Assembly (NCBI GenBank): GCA_016699995.1
Contig: CP064996.1
Coordinates: 412,330-476,329, forward strand
DNA from: a bacterium
GTDB taxonomy: Bacteria > Patescibacteriota > Doudnabacteria > UBA920
Length of the DNA: 64,000 nt
Direction of reading: 5' to 3'
Positions within the stretch are counted from its first letter, which is position 1, and each line of letters opens with the position of its first letter. Shown piece by piece: positions 9,205-16,014 of this stretch. The notes beneath the pieces are model-generated. The model worked only from the letters and a program-made list of their open reading frames with translations, did no database searches and was not told where the DNA came from. The translations under genes were made by a program, and so were the position numbers.

Positions 9205-9984
9205 GTGCCTTATAACACCATAATGAACATCACTTTTATAGTTTCTATCCTGGGGGTAATTTTTATGGTTCTGCGCCGCTTACCGGAAGCCACTATTCAG
9301 GATAAGAATAAGCCGGATTCAAAAAAAGACCGCATAGAAGCAGCTAACGAAGCTGGTTCTGTTTTGAGTGCCAAGGGTTTGCCGGTAAAGGCTTACTCCA
9401 AGTCCAAAGTTATCTTAAAGACCATTGGTCATAAGGCCGGTCAGTTCTTGTTAGAAGCTAAGGGCTTAAAGCAGGCTCCAAAAATTACTTATACTTTTCA
9501 GAAAGTCTTTCAGAATATTAAGGCTGACACTAATCCGGCTTTAGTAAAGGATGAAAAGTATTATATCAACCTCATTAAGCGCAATCCCAAAGACGATTCC
9601 TACTATGACCTCTTGGGGCAGTATTATTTAGAACATAAGAAGATGGAAGACGCGCTCAATGTGTATGAATATTTAATTACTCACGCACCGACCGAGACTT
9701 CCTATTGGGTTCGCTTAGGTTTAGCCGCGCTATTCTTAAACAATTACAAAAAGGCAGAGCAAGCTTACGAAAAGGCGGTTCAGCTCGATCCCACCAATCC
9801 GAGCCGTTTTTATAACCTTGCATTGGCAAGACAAGGGATGAAGCGCTTCGCTCCGGCTTTGGAAGCCATAAAAAAGGCTTTGGAATTGGACCCGAATAAT
9901 CAAAAGTACCAGGATTTTAATTTTGAGCTGGAGTCTAAAGCCAAGAACTCCATACCTCTTGATAATATTCACAAAAAAGAGTAA
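9205..9984 (+). CDS. TPR-repeat protein with N-terminal TM anchor
   Basis: Repeated A-x-x-Y/x-x-A-L-x-L-D-P-xN patterns (AEQAYEKAVQLDPTNP, ALEAIKKALELDPNN). GTG at 9205 or ATG at 9223. Confidence 0.6.
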   Translation: MPYNTIMNITFIVSILGVIFMVLRRLPEATIQDKNKPDSKKDRIEAANEAGSVLSAKGLPVKAYSKSKVILKTIGHKAGQFLLEAKGLKQAPKITYTFQKVFQNIKADTNPALVKDEKYYINLIKRNPKDDSYYDLLGQYYLEHKKMEDALNVYEYLITHAPTETSYWVRLGLAALFLNNYKKAEQAYEKAVQLDPTNPSRFYNLALARQGMKRFAPALEAIKKALELDPNNQKYQDFNFELESKAKNSIPLDNIHKKE

Positions 9985-10007
9985 ACTAACTGAGTATAAA
10001 TTTACCT

Positions 10008-10080
10008 GCCGTTGTAGCTCAGTTGGTAGAGCATCTCCATGGTAAGGAGAAGGTCTGCGGTTCAATCCCGCACAACGGCT
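10008..10080 (+). tRNA. tRNA-Thr (anticodon GGT)
   Basis: Cloverleaf folds by hand: acceptor GCCGTTG/CAACGGC, D arm GCTC-AGTTGGTA-GAGC, anticodon arm TCTCC-ATGGTAA-GGAGA, T arm TGCGG-TTCAATC-CCGCA, CCA encoded. Confidence 0.85.
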
Positions 10081-10096
10081 CCATGAAAGAAAACTT

Positions 10097-10120
10097 AACC
10101 CGCCTAGTGGCGGGTTTTTG
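10097..10120 (+). terminator. rho-independent terminator after tRNA-Thr
   Basis: CCCGCC-TAGT-GGCGGG followed by TTTTT. Confidence 0.7.
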
Positions 10121-10240
10121 ATTTGGTGAATTTGCCGTTTATGCCGATTTTGCAGATGAAAGTAGAGTATGGGAGAATTGACAAAACCATCCTTTTATAT
10201 TATAGTTAGCGGTTATTATCAATTTTTTAGGAGGAAAAAG

Positions 10241-12136
10241 ATGAAAGACTTAAAGCTATTTAATACTGTGCAGCCTGTTCAGTTTGTTAACGAAGAGGAT
10301 GCTCGTTTTTCCGACTTGCAAGATCGCATTGGCCTATACTCCTACAAGCTTGTGGATCTAGCTGAATCTAATCTTGAGGAAGTGCAGGCTCGTCAGTCAA
10401 TTTTGATGTGGCTGCTAAACAATAGTTCATTATTGGAAAAGTCATTCTTTAGATACGGGATGAGTGGATCCATAGATGGCTACAAGAGTGATGCGACGAT
10501 TCCAAGAAATGCTAGCAGCTTTCTAGCTTACGCACAGTTCATCTTAGAGAAACGAACAGCTTTTTGGCAACGTATCAAACAATTCAATAGTATCGATGAC
10601 TCTTTGTATCGTTTGCCTCAGCGCATTCAAAATTTAAGCAATTACCTTGCGACTGAAGGTGCTGTTAAGTACGAAGAAGAGATGGCTCTGACCAGGCGGA
10701 TGATCGCCGAATTGCGCGAGAGTACGGCGATTCAGGGGGTATTGAAATTCTCAGTGGAAAGCAGAACCCATACCGTAAGGTTTGAAAAAGATGAATCATG
10801 CTATGGTACTTGGTATTACCATCCTTGTGTTGATCCGCTCTTGGATCCTTCCTCGGGGGCGGTGGTCAAGTTCTTGAACAAAATCAAACCAGTCCGCTGG
10901 CTAATCAAGAAGACAAAGGATGCAATCTTCTACGTGAAGAAAGGAGTTGCTCAAATCCGCGAAACCCCCGAATCTATCATCGAGGACGTTCGTATGTTCC
11001 TGGTTAAGAAATGCCAGGAGGATGCCGATTTTGCCGCTTTAGGTAATTGCTCCATCACCGTCGGCTATGTGTTTGACCATACTGGCTTGACTGTATCGCT
11101 GCTGGATTGGAAATACAACAAAATTAGTTCCCGCGGCAGAGAGCTGTATGAGCCTGATCACGGCCTTGCGGTGCGAGAGCGTTCGGCGGACAAAGTTTCC
11201 AAAAAAATGAGCCAACTCCTACGGCTCCGGTATAAAAAGCAGCTCGATGTTTTGGCGGATAAGGTGTTTGTAGAAAACTGCGGACCGATCGAAATTCCTT
11301 GCAAGAATGCCCAACAGGCATTTGCCGATTTGAGTTTCCAGGATATATGGGATCAGTACGAGGAAGAAATCTCCGATCTTAGACAATGGCAAAAGGATGT
11401 AATTGCTCTCTTCAAGGATTTGGGTATCTATTCGGACCTGGCTCACATGATTATGGAACTGGAATTGCCGTATTGTTTTCCAAAAATTGTTGAACAAGGC
11501 GCTATACAGTTTGAGCGATTCTATCCCATTCGTGTTAGGACAGAGGCTAAGACCTATTGCGAACCATTCAGCGGTATCGAGATAGACGACAAGGTTGTGA
11601 ATATTACCGGTGCAAATGGGTCAGGTAAGTCAACCGTGATGTTGGCCGTTCTAGACAATTTAATGCTGGCTCATTGCGGCTTACCTGTCTTTGCAGCCGA
11701 TGCGCAGGTCATTTTGCTCGAACATATTATGCTGAGCTTTTTGGATCGCGATTCCGATAAAAGTACATTCACCGCCAAATTTGAGAAGGACGTTTTTACG
11801 ATGCAATCATTGGAGAAACTTTCTAAAGCTCAGCGGGCTAAGACGTTGATTATCAACGATGAGCTGGGTTCGGCTACGGATCCAGTGGAAATGCTCGATC
11901 TGGCAAAAGAGTATTTGATGTACCTTTATGATCTAGGGGCTCATAGCATTACTTCTAGTCAGATCAAAGAGCTAGGGATCTTTGTGGAGTCGGCGGAGTC
12001 AGGGGGCATCGGCAAGAACCTCGTCATCGACAAAACTTATACAATCAAGCCTGGCTTGGAATCTGGCCGACCCAAGGAGGTGGCCAAGCGACTGGGCTTT
12101 GATGAAATCATTAAGCGTAAGGCTGTCGCAGCCTAA
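10241..12136 (+). CDS. MutS-family P-loop ATPase (MutS ATPase domain V plus C-terminal helix) lacking mismatch-binding and Smr domains
   Basis: Walker A ITGANGSGKSTVMLAVLDNLMLAHCGLPVFAADAQVILLEHIMLSF matches GPNMGGKST...AQ.G..VPA of MutS. Walker B LIINDELGSATD. C-terminal YTIKPGLESGRPKEVAKRLGFDEII resembles the MutS Y.l.pG.a..S.gi.vA.l.G.p tail. Start at 10241 follows GGAGGAAAAAG. Confidence 0.65.
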   Translation: MKDLKLFNTVQPVQFVNEEDARFSDLQDRIGLYSYKLVDLAESNLEEVQARQSILMWLLNNSSLLEKSFFRYGMSGSIDGYKSDATIPRNASSFLAYAQFILEKRTAFWQRIKQFNSIDDSLYRLPQRIQNLSNYLATEGAVKYEEEMALTRRMIAELRESTAIQGVLKFSVESRTHTVRFEKDESCYGTWYYHPCVDPLLDPSSGAVVKFLNKIKPVRWLIKKTKDAIFYVKKGVAQIRETPESIIEDVRMFLVKKCQEDADFAALGNCSITVGYVFDHTGLTVSLLDWKYNKISSRGRELYEPDHGLAVRERSADKVSKKMSQLLRLRYKKQLDVLADKVFVENCGPIEIPCKNAQQAFADLSFQDIWDQYEEEISDLRQWQKDVIALFKDLGIYSDLAHMIMELELPYCFPKIVEQGAIQFERFYPIRVRTEAKTYCEPFSGIEIDDKVVNITGANGSGKSTVMLAVLDNLMLAHCGLPVFAADAQVILLEHIMLSFLDRDSDKSTFTAKFEKDVFTMQSLEKLSKAQRAKTLIINDELGSATDPVEMLDLAKEYLMYLYDLGAHSITSSQIKELGIFVESAESGGIGKNLVIDKTYTIKPGLESGRPKEVAKRLGFDEIIKRKAVAA

Positions 12137-12140
12137 ATAT

Positions 12141-12177
12141 AAAACCTGTTCTGAAGTTCAGAACAGGTTCTTTTTAT
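12141..12177. terminator. bidirectional intrinsic terminator between the convergent MutS-like and HD genes
   Basis: AACCTGTTCTGAA-G-TTCAGAACAGGTT 13 bp stem with a flanking T-run. Confidence 0.8.
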
Positions 12178-12186
12178 TTACTTTGC

Positions 12187-12801
12187 TTATTTTGATTCAG
12201 CAGCGGGGGACGCGGCGCAGCAGCGCTTGGCTCCGAGCCATGAATCGTGCCCTTCTGCTGGGTGATTGTACCAGATCCGAGCGCTGGCCACGTCTGCCAT
12301 GTGGCATAGAGCGGCCAGTTCGTTCATAACTCTGTTGCGGCTGGAATAATCCTTGCCTTCGCCTTCTACGTACTTCATTGCATTCAGTTGCATATCGTTG
12401 AGCTCAATTCCGTATTTCTTGAGCAGCGCCATGCGGAATTTATGCTGAGCGCGCTTTTGGGTAAGATGAGGTTTTACATGGAGCACGCCGTCTTCGTCGA
12501 TGTCGTACTTAAAAGGTTTTTCGACATCATGTAGAAATGTAATCAACAGCACGTCTGATAAAGTAAAAGACAGTTTTCTGTAAGCAGATAAAGTGTTGTA
12601 CAGCACCATGCCGATATTCATGATTTCGGCGATGTGATCATGGTAACCGCCGGGCCAAGCTTGGTGGTTGTTAGTCGAGCCCTGGGTTTTTTTGAATAGA
12701 TCAAAATTTTCTTTGTATAAGCGTATGCATCCCAGCTGATTGGGGCCGTGTATCCAACGCAACAGATCGTGCACAGGGTAAGATCTTTGCAAAGCAGTCA
12801 T
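12187..12801 (-). CDS. HD-domain metal-dependent phosphohydrolase
   Basis: H...HD...D motifs: GGYHDHIAEI, FLHDVEKP, LCHMADVAS. The track ORF (to 12933) runs upstream through the tRNA-Tyr exon. The real start MTALQRSYPV at 12801 follows a GGAGGAAT SD. Confidence 0.7.
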   Translation of the reverse strand: MTALQRSYPVHDLLRWIHGPNQLGCIRLYKENFDLFKKTQGSTNNHQAWPGGYHDHIAEIMNIGMVLYNTLSAYRKLSFTLSDVLLITFLHDVEKPFKYDIDEDGVLHVKPHLTQKRAQHKFRMALLKKYGIELNDMQLNAMKYVEGEGKDYSSRNRVMNELAALCHMADVASARIWYNHPAEGHDSWLGAKRCCAASPAAESK

Positions 12802-12852
12802 AATTCCTCCAGAAAAAAGTGAACTAAGTTTAGCAAAATTTTGCGGGCATTT

Positions 12853-12879
12853 CAAAAAACACCCTTGCGGGTGTTTTGA
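12853..12879 (-). terminator. intrinsic terminator downstream of the minus-strand tRNA-Tyr
   Basis: Minus-sense AACACCCGCAAGGGTGTT hairpin followed by TTTTTTG. Confidence 0.6.
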
Positions 12880-12882
12880 TGG

Positions 12883-13158
12883 TGGGCAGGACAGGATTCG
12901 AACCTGTGAAGGCACAAGGCCGGCTGATTTCACTTTATCCTAAAGTTACCTAAAGGCGTGGACTATATCTTCACCATTGCAGGTGTCCCGGTATCTAGTC
13001 TCTACGGCGCTCTCATGATTGTGAGTTCCCACGGTATTGCCCTTGTCTTACGACAGTCGGGTTTCACCGTTATCCCGGAAAGTTTATCGTACAGTTCTTG
13101 TTCCCGTACGAGCTGCATTTTTACAGTCAGCTGCGTTTGACCGCTTCGCTACCTACCC
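12883..13158 (-). tRNA. tRNA-Tyr (anticodon GTA) interrupted by a ~192 nt group I intron in the anticodon loop; mature tRNA about 84 nt
   Basis: Minus-sense exon 1 is GGGTAGG-TA-GCGA-AGCGGTCAA-ACGC-A-GCTGA-CTGT (13158..13123). Exon 2 is AAA-TCAGC-CGGCCTTGTGCCTTC-ACAGG-TTCGAAT-CCTGT-CCTGCCC-A-CCA (12930..12880). Joined, they give a class II tRNA near-identical in architecture to E. coli tRNA-Tyr (long variable arm, anticodon loop CU-GUA-AA, CCA encoded). Confidence 0.7.
12931..13122 (-). ncRNA. group I self-splicing intron within tRNA-Tyr
   Basis: 5' exon ends in U, and CUGU pairs with intron GCAG to form P1 with a U.G at the splice site. Intron ends in G (…GGATAAAGTG). Contains J6/7-P7 GUAGAGACUAGA and P7 3' strand GAAGAUAUAGUCC, closely resembling the Azoarcus and Tetrahymena group I cores. 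Confidence 0.65.
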
Positions 13159-13173
13159 GTAGCTAACTGTAGA

Positions 13174-13202
13174 ATTCTAACTCATTTTGGGCTTTTTGGC
13201 AA
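13174..13202 (-). promoter_or_regulatory. candidate promoter for tRNA-Tyr (TTGCCA-N17-TAGAAT)
   Basis: Minus-sense -35 and -10 boxes with a 17 nt spacer, ending about 15 nt upstream of the tRNA 5' end. Confidence 0.45.
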
Positions 13203-13460
13203 GAATTGTTGGTTATAAAAGAAAAAAACGCTGTGGAAGCGTTATAAAGGTGGGATGCGAGAATGGGTCCGACTTACCCTGAGAAAACGCTGGTATAGTT
13301 CGGATTCGCGCATGGTGGAGGATATATCCTCCGGTGGGTTGTTATGGTGGGGTTTGTTAAGGTGGGATAGCTTTTCAGCTACTTTCAGAATACCCCTCGG
13401 ACTGGACAATGTCAAGGGTTTATGTTAAACTTTGAAAGTTAATTTAATAGCTTAAACCGG

Positions 13461-13533
13461 GCCGGCTTAGCTCATCCGGTAGAGCAACGGTTTTGTAAAC
13501 CGTAGGTGGTCGGTTCGAGTCCGACAGCCGGCT
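13461..13533 (+). tRNA. tRNA-Thr (anticodon TGT)
   Basis: Acceptor GCCGGCT/AGCCGGC, D arm GCTC-ATCCGGTA-GAGC, anticodon arm ACGGT-TTTGTAA-ACCGT, T arm GTCGG-TTCGAGT-CCGAC, CCA encoded. Confidence 0.85.
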
Positions 13534-13558
13534 CCAGCCAAAATATTAAAGATCAGAT

Positions 13559-13714
13559 ATGTCACAAGATCACAGAATTCAGTTGGAATGCACTGAATGC
13601 CGCAACATCAACTATAATACTACTAAGAATAAAAAGAATACCCAGGCTCGCTTGGAGATTAAGAAGTATTGTAAGTTTTGCCGCAAGCAGACCGTTCACA
13701 AGGAAACCAAGTAA
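13559..13714 (+). CDS. rpmG: 50S ribosomal protein L33 (51 aa; below the ORF-track length cutoff)
   Basis: [51 protein letters not shown]: CxxC...CxxC zinc ribbon and the conserved KNK..RLE.KKYC..C.KHT.HKE L33 signature. Confidence 0.85.
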   Translation: MSQDHRIQLECTECRNINYNTTKNKKNTQARLEIKKYCKFCRKQTVHKETK

Positions 13715-13715
13715 C

Positions 13716-13740
13716 ACCCGCACCCCATGCGGGGTTTTGG
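13716..13740 (+). terminator. weak terminator/attenuator after rpmG
   Basis: CCCGCACCCCATGCGGGG hairpin followed by TTTT. It overlaps a TATAAT box (13741-13746) that may drive tRNA-Trp. Confidence 0.4.
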
Positions 13741-13777
13741 TATAATAGGGGAGTCGACTAGCAGGTGAATCATGCGA

Positions 13778-13848
13778 GGGGGCTTCGTATAATGGTAGTA
13801 CAATGGTCTCCAAAACCATTTGCGTAGGTTCGATTCCTACAGCCCCTG
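13778..13848 (+). tRNA. tRNA-Trp (anticodon CCA)
   Basis: Acceptor GGGGGCT/AGCCCCT (G1.U72), anticodon arm ATGGT-CTCCAAA-ACCAT, T arm GTAGG-TTCGATT-CCTAC, discriminator G, CCA encoded. Confidence 0.8.
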
Positions 13849-13889
13849 CCACAAAAACACTCAGTTATGCTGAGTGTTTTTGTTTGAGG
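13844..13889 (+). repeat. direct repeat copy 1 (tRNA-Trp 3' end plus terminator), 46 nt
   Basis: CCCTGCCACAAAAACACTCAGTTATGCTGAGTGTTTTTGTTTGAGG recurs at 14484-14529 with 4 mismatches. Confidence 0.8.
13853..13884 (+). terminator. rho-independent terminator after tRNA-Trp
   Basis: AAACACTCAG-TTATG-CTGAGTGTTT followed by TTGTTTG. Confidence 0.75.
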
Positions 13890-13908
13890 GTATGCGAGAA
13901 TCGAACTG

Positions 13909-14433
13909 GTGTATAATAAGTTTATGAGTAAAATACTTATTGTAATTGGGATACTAGGTGCAATCGTTATTGTGCTAAAACTTGTATTGAACAATACTGA
14001 AGCAGAAGCATATCCTTTTGAGAGGAAACCAAATTTTCTGACACCTAGTGAAATGGCTTTTTTTAGAGTTTTATTGAAAATAATAAATGATCAGTATTTT
14101 GTTTTTCCACAAGTACATCTGGCTAGTATTTTGCAGGTAAAAAAGGGAGAATTTGATAGAAAGGAGTGGAAAAGATATTTTAACAAACTAATTCAAAAAT
14201 CTTTCGATTTCGTTATCTTAGATAGGGAAACCTTAAACCCTCTGCTTGTAATCGAATTAGATGATTATACACATTTACAGAGTAAGCGAATTAAGAGGGA
14301 TCTATTTGTAGATAACGCCTTAAAATCAGCCCAAATCAATATCTTACATATTAAGTGTGAAAAGGAGTACAATATCGAAGAACTAAGAACTCTAATTTTC
14401 CAAGCACTATCTCATCCTGGTGAACGACAGTAA
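13909..14433 (+). CDS. DUF2726-family protein (restriction-endonuclease-like fold) with N-terminal TM helix
   Basis: FLTPSEMAFFRVLLKII...VFPQVHLASIL...QKSFDFVILDRETLNPLLVIELDDYTHLQSKRIKRDLFVDNALKSAQINILHI fits the DUF2726 pattern l.p.E..f...L...y.vf.qv.l..il....fDFvl.d......l.aIELDD.sH....RD.f. AT-rich relative to neighbours. Confidence 0.6.
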   Translation: MYNKFMSKILIVIGILGAIVIVLKLVLNNTEAEAYPFERKPNFLTPSEMAFFRVLLKIINDQYFVFPQVHLASILQVKKGEFDRKEWKRYFNKLIQKSFDFVILDRETLNPLLVIELDDYTHLQSKRIKRDLFVDNALKSAQINILHIKCEKEYNIEELRTLIFQALSHPGERQ

Positions 14434-14483
14434 GATAGACAGTGACGCAAAGTGGATATAGAGTTCTAATATCCTCCATAACA

Positions 14484-14529
14484 CCCTGCCACAAAAACAC
14501 TCAGTCATGCTAGGTGTTTTTGTTTGGGT
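14484..14529 (+). repeat. direct repeat copy 2, with slightly degraded terminator hairpin
   Basis: ACACCCTGCCACAAAAACACTCAGTCATGCTAGGTGTTTTTGTTTGGG. One hairpin position is now an A.C mismatch. Confidence 0.8.
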
Positions 14530-14532
14530 AAT

Positions 14533-14575
14533 AAAAGAGAGCGTGGATTCTTTTTAAGAATCCACGCTCTGCATA
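14533..14575. terminator. bidirectional intrinsic terminator
   Basis: AGAGCGTGGATTC-TTTTTAA-GAATCCACGCTCT 13 bp perfect stem. Confidence 0.75.
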
Positions 14576-14578
14576 ACT

Positions 14579-14929
14579 TTAGTACCTGCGGCCGTACGAG
14601 CCATTCCCGGTCGGCTGCCACTGAACACATGCTTCCGGAGGCGGGTTTGGGGTTCGGTACTGACCTTTGAAAACCCTTACCATACCAGTCTGGCTATGCA
14701 TCAGCTTCTTAAGCAAAGTTTCGGGCAGACTGCTCGTTTCTACCTGGAATGGCTTGCCATCGGTGTAAGTTGCTTCGCCTCGGTTGCCAATGCGAAAAGG
14801 TGCTGCGTACCGATCAAGGTTGTTCTTGTCTAAGTGCAGCGAAAAACCATCGGGCTTGTCGCCAAAAAACTCATCCGCTTCCAGATATACCTGGCAGTAT
14901 ACCTTGGATGGTACTGTATTTTTTTTCAT
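14579..14929 (-). CDS. hypothetical protein (116 aa)
   Basis: Strong GGAGG SD 5 nt upstream of the ATG, and a terminator downstream. No recognisable motif. Confidence 0.5.
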   Translation of the reverse strand: MKKNTVPSKVYCQVYLEADEFFGDKPDGFSLHLDKNNLDRYAAPFRIGNRGEATYTDGKPFQVETSSLPETLLKKLMHSQTGMVRVFKGQYRTPNPPPEACVQWQPTGNGSYGRRY

Positions 14930-15177
14930 ATTCCCCTCCTTAAGGTGCGCTTGGTTGCTTTTTTAAGATTTATTTTTATTGCTCAAGTAGTCAACGAATC
15001 AGCTTCGTTGTTGACTCTAGAGCCTAGCAGAAAAAAAGGGTTTTGTCAAGGCGGCAACGTCCTCAGATTATAATATTTGGATGCTTTAATCATTAAAATT
15101 AGACATTCTGAAAATAAAAAAGAGATGAATTTTTCATCTCTCGATATTTCTTTACTCGTCTACTGTCGAATAATATC

Positions 15178-15444
15178 TTAATCATCTTTCTCAATAAACG
15201 TTTTATAGATGGCTACACCCCAGGCTATAAGGCACAGCCCAGGGTTCGTCTCCCAGTAGAACGTGGTGGCGATGATAGCATTTAAGAAGTAGGGGATAAA
15301 TACCCAAGCTGCGAACCCTAGCAGGGAAATGCCAGGGTCAGACGGGACTGTGTCCAGTGTAAATAGAGTCGTTAGTCTTGGAAAAAAAAATGCTGCAACT
15401 ATAATGATAAGTCCAGTGTCTGGATGTGCTTGCCAGAATTCCAT
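15178..15444 (-). CDS. small integral membrane protein (possibly YqaE/Pmp3-like)
   Basis: 88 aa with two hydrophobic helices. Weak resemblance only. Confidence 0.4.
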   Translation of the reverse strand: MEFWQAHPDTGLIIIVAAFFFPRLTTLFTLDTVPSDPGISLLGFAAWVFIPYFLNAIIATTFYWETNPGLCLIAWGVAIYKTFIEKDD

Positions 15445-15542
15445 GAATTATATTGTGCCTCCGTACTAAGATTTTATAAGCCTATTTTACCATATTTGTC
15501 TAATTTTGTCAATATCACTCGATTTACTGATATAATCAATCT

Positions 15543-15962
15543 ATGGAAATAAACTATATTGCGGTACTAGTTGCCGCTGTTGCGCAATTCATTTTTGGCG
15601 CAATTTGGTACATGCCGCTGTTTGGCGGCATGTGGGGCAAGATCCATGGCTTTGATGCTCACAGTAAAGAAGCTCAGGATGAGATGCGCAAAGGCATGAT
15701 GCCTTTGTTGGTTATTCAGTTTATTGGTACATTAGTCACTTCGTATGTTTTTGCACTCCTATACAAAGACATGCCCAGCCAGTGGCACGCCTACGGTTTC
15801 GCCGGCTTTTTGTGGTTAGGATTTATGGTCCCTACTCAAGTTGCGGCAGTATTGTTTGGCGGCACAGAACCAAAATGGGTTACCAAAAAAATCGCCATTA
15901 TGGCTGGAGCAGCTTTGGGTTGTATGATGATTTTGGCTTTCACGATCAGCGCTTTCAACTAA
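15543..15962 (+). CDS. DUF1761-like polytopic membrane protein
   Basis: LVAAVAQFIFGAIWYMPLFGGMWGK N-terminus is typical of DUF1761 (inference from memory). Confidence 0.5.
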   Translation: MEINYIAVLVAAVAQFIFGAIWYMPLFGGMWGKIHGFDAHSKEAQDEMRKGMMPLLVIQFIGTLVTSYVFALLYKDMPSQWHAYGFAGFLWLGFMVPTQVAAVLFGGTEPKWVTKKIAIMAGAALGCMMILAFTISAFN

Positions 15963-16014
15963 AATCCAAAAAACTGCCTTACCTAATGGGGCAGTTTTTT
16001 GTTATGCTATTTTC

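Noticed and set aside
12801-12933. N-terminal 44 codons of the 248 aa HD-protein ORF (GTG start at 12933)
   Set aside because: The extension reads through tRNA-Tyr exon 2 and its terminator. A strong GGAGGAAT SD precedes the internal ATG at 12801.
12958-13140. 60 aa plus-strand ORF
   Set aside because: Lies entirely antisense within the tRNA-Tyr group I intron and exon 1, with no SD.
12878-13160. tmRNA (ssrA) hypothesis for the minus-strand element ending GGTTCGAATCC...CCA
   Set aside because: The 5' half has a genuine D arm and anticodon stem, not the tmRNA GGAUUCGAC leader. Candidate tag frames end in ...TVR rather than a hydrophobic A/L-rich degron. The two halves rebuild a perfect tRNA-Tyr, and the insert has a group I core.
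13506-13994. Track ORFs 13506-13745 (+), 13562-13852 (-), 13770-13994 (-)
   Set aside because: They overlap tRNA-Thr(TGT), rpmG and tRNA-Trp and the terminator repeat. They are artefacts of stop-poor structured-RNA sequence.
14749-15073. Plus-strand ORFs 14749-14943, 14784-14966, 14834-15073
   Set aside because: Overlap the well-signalled minus-strand gene 14579-14929 or its promoter region. No ribosome-binding sites.
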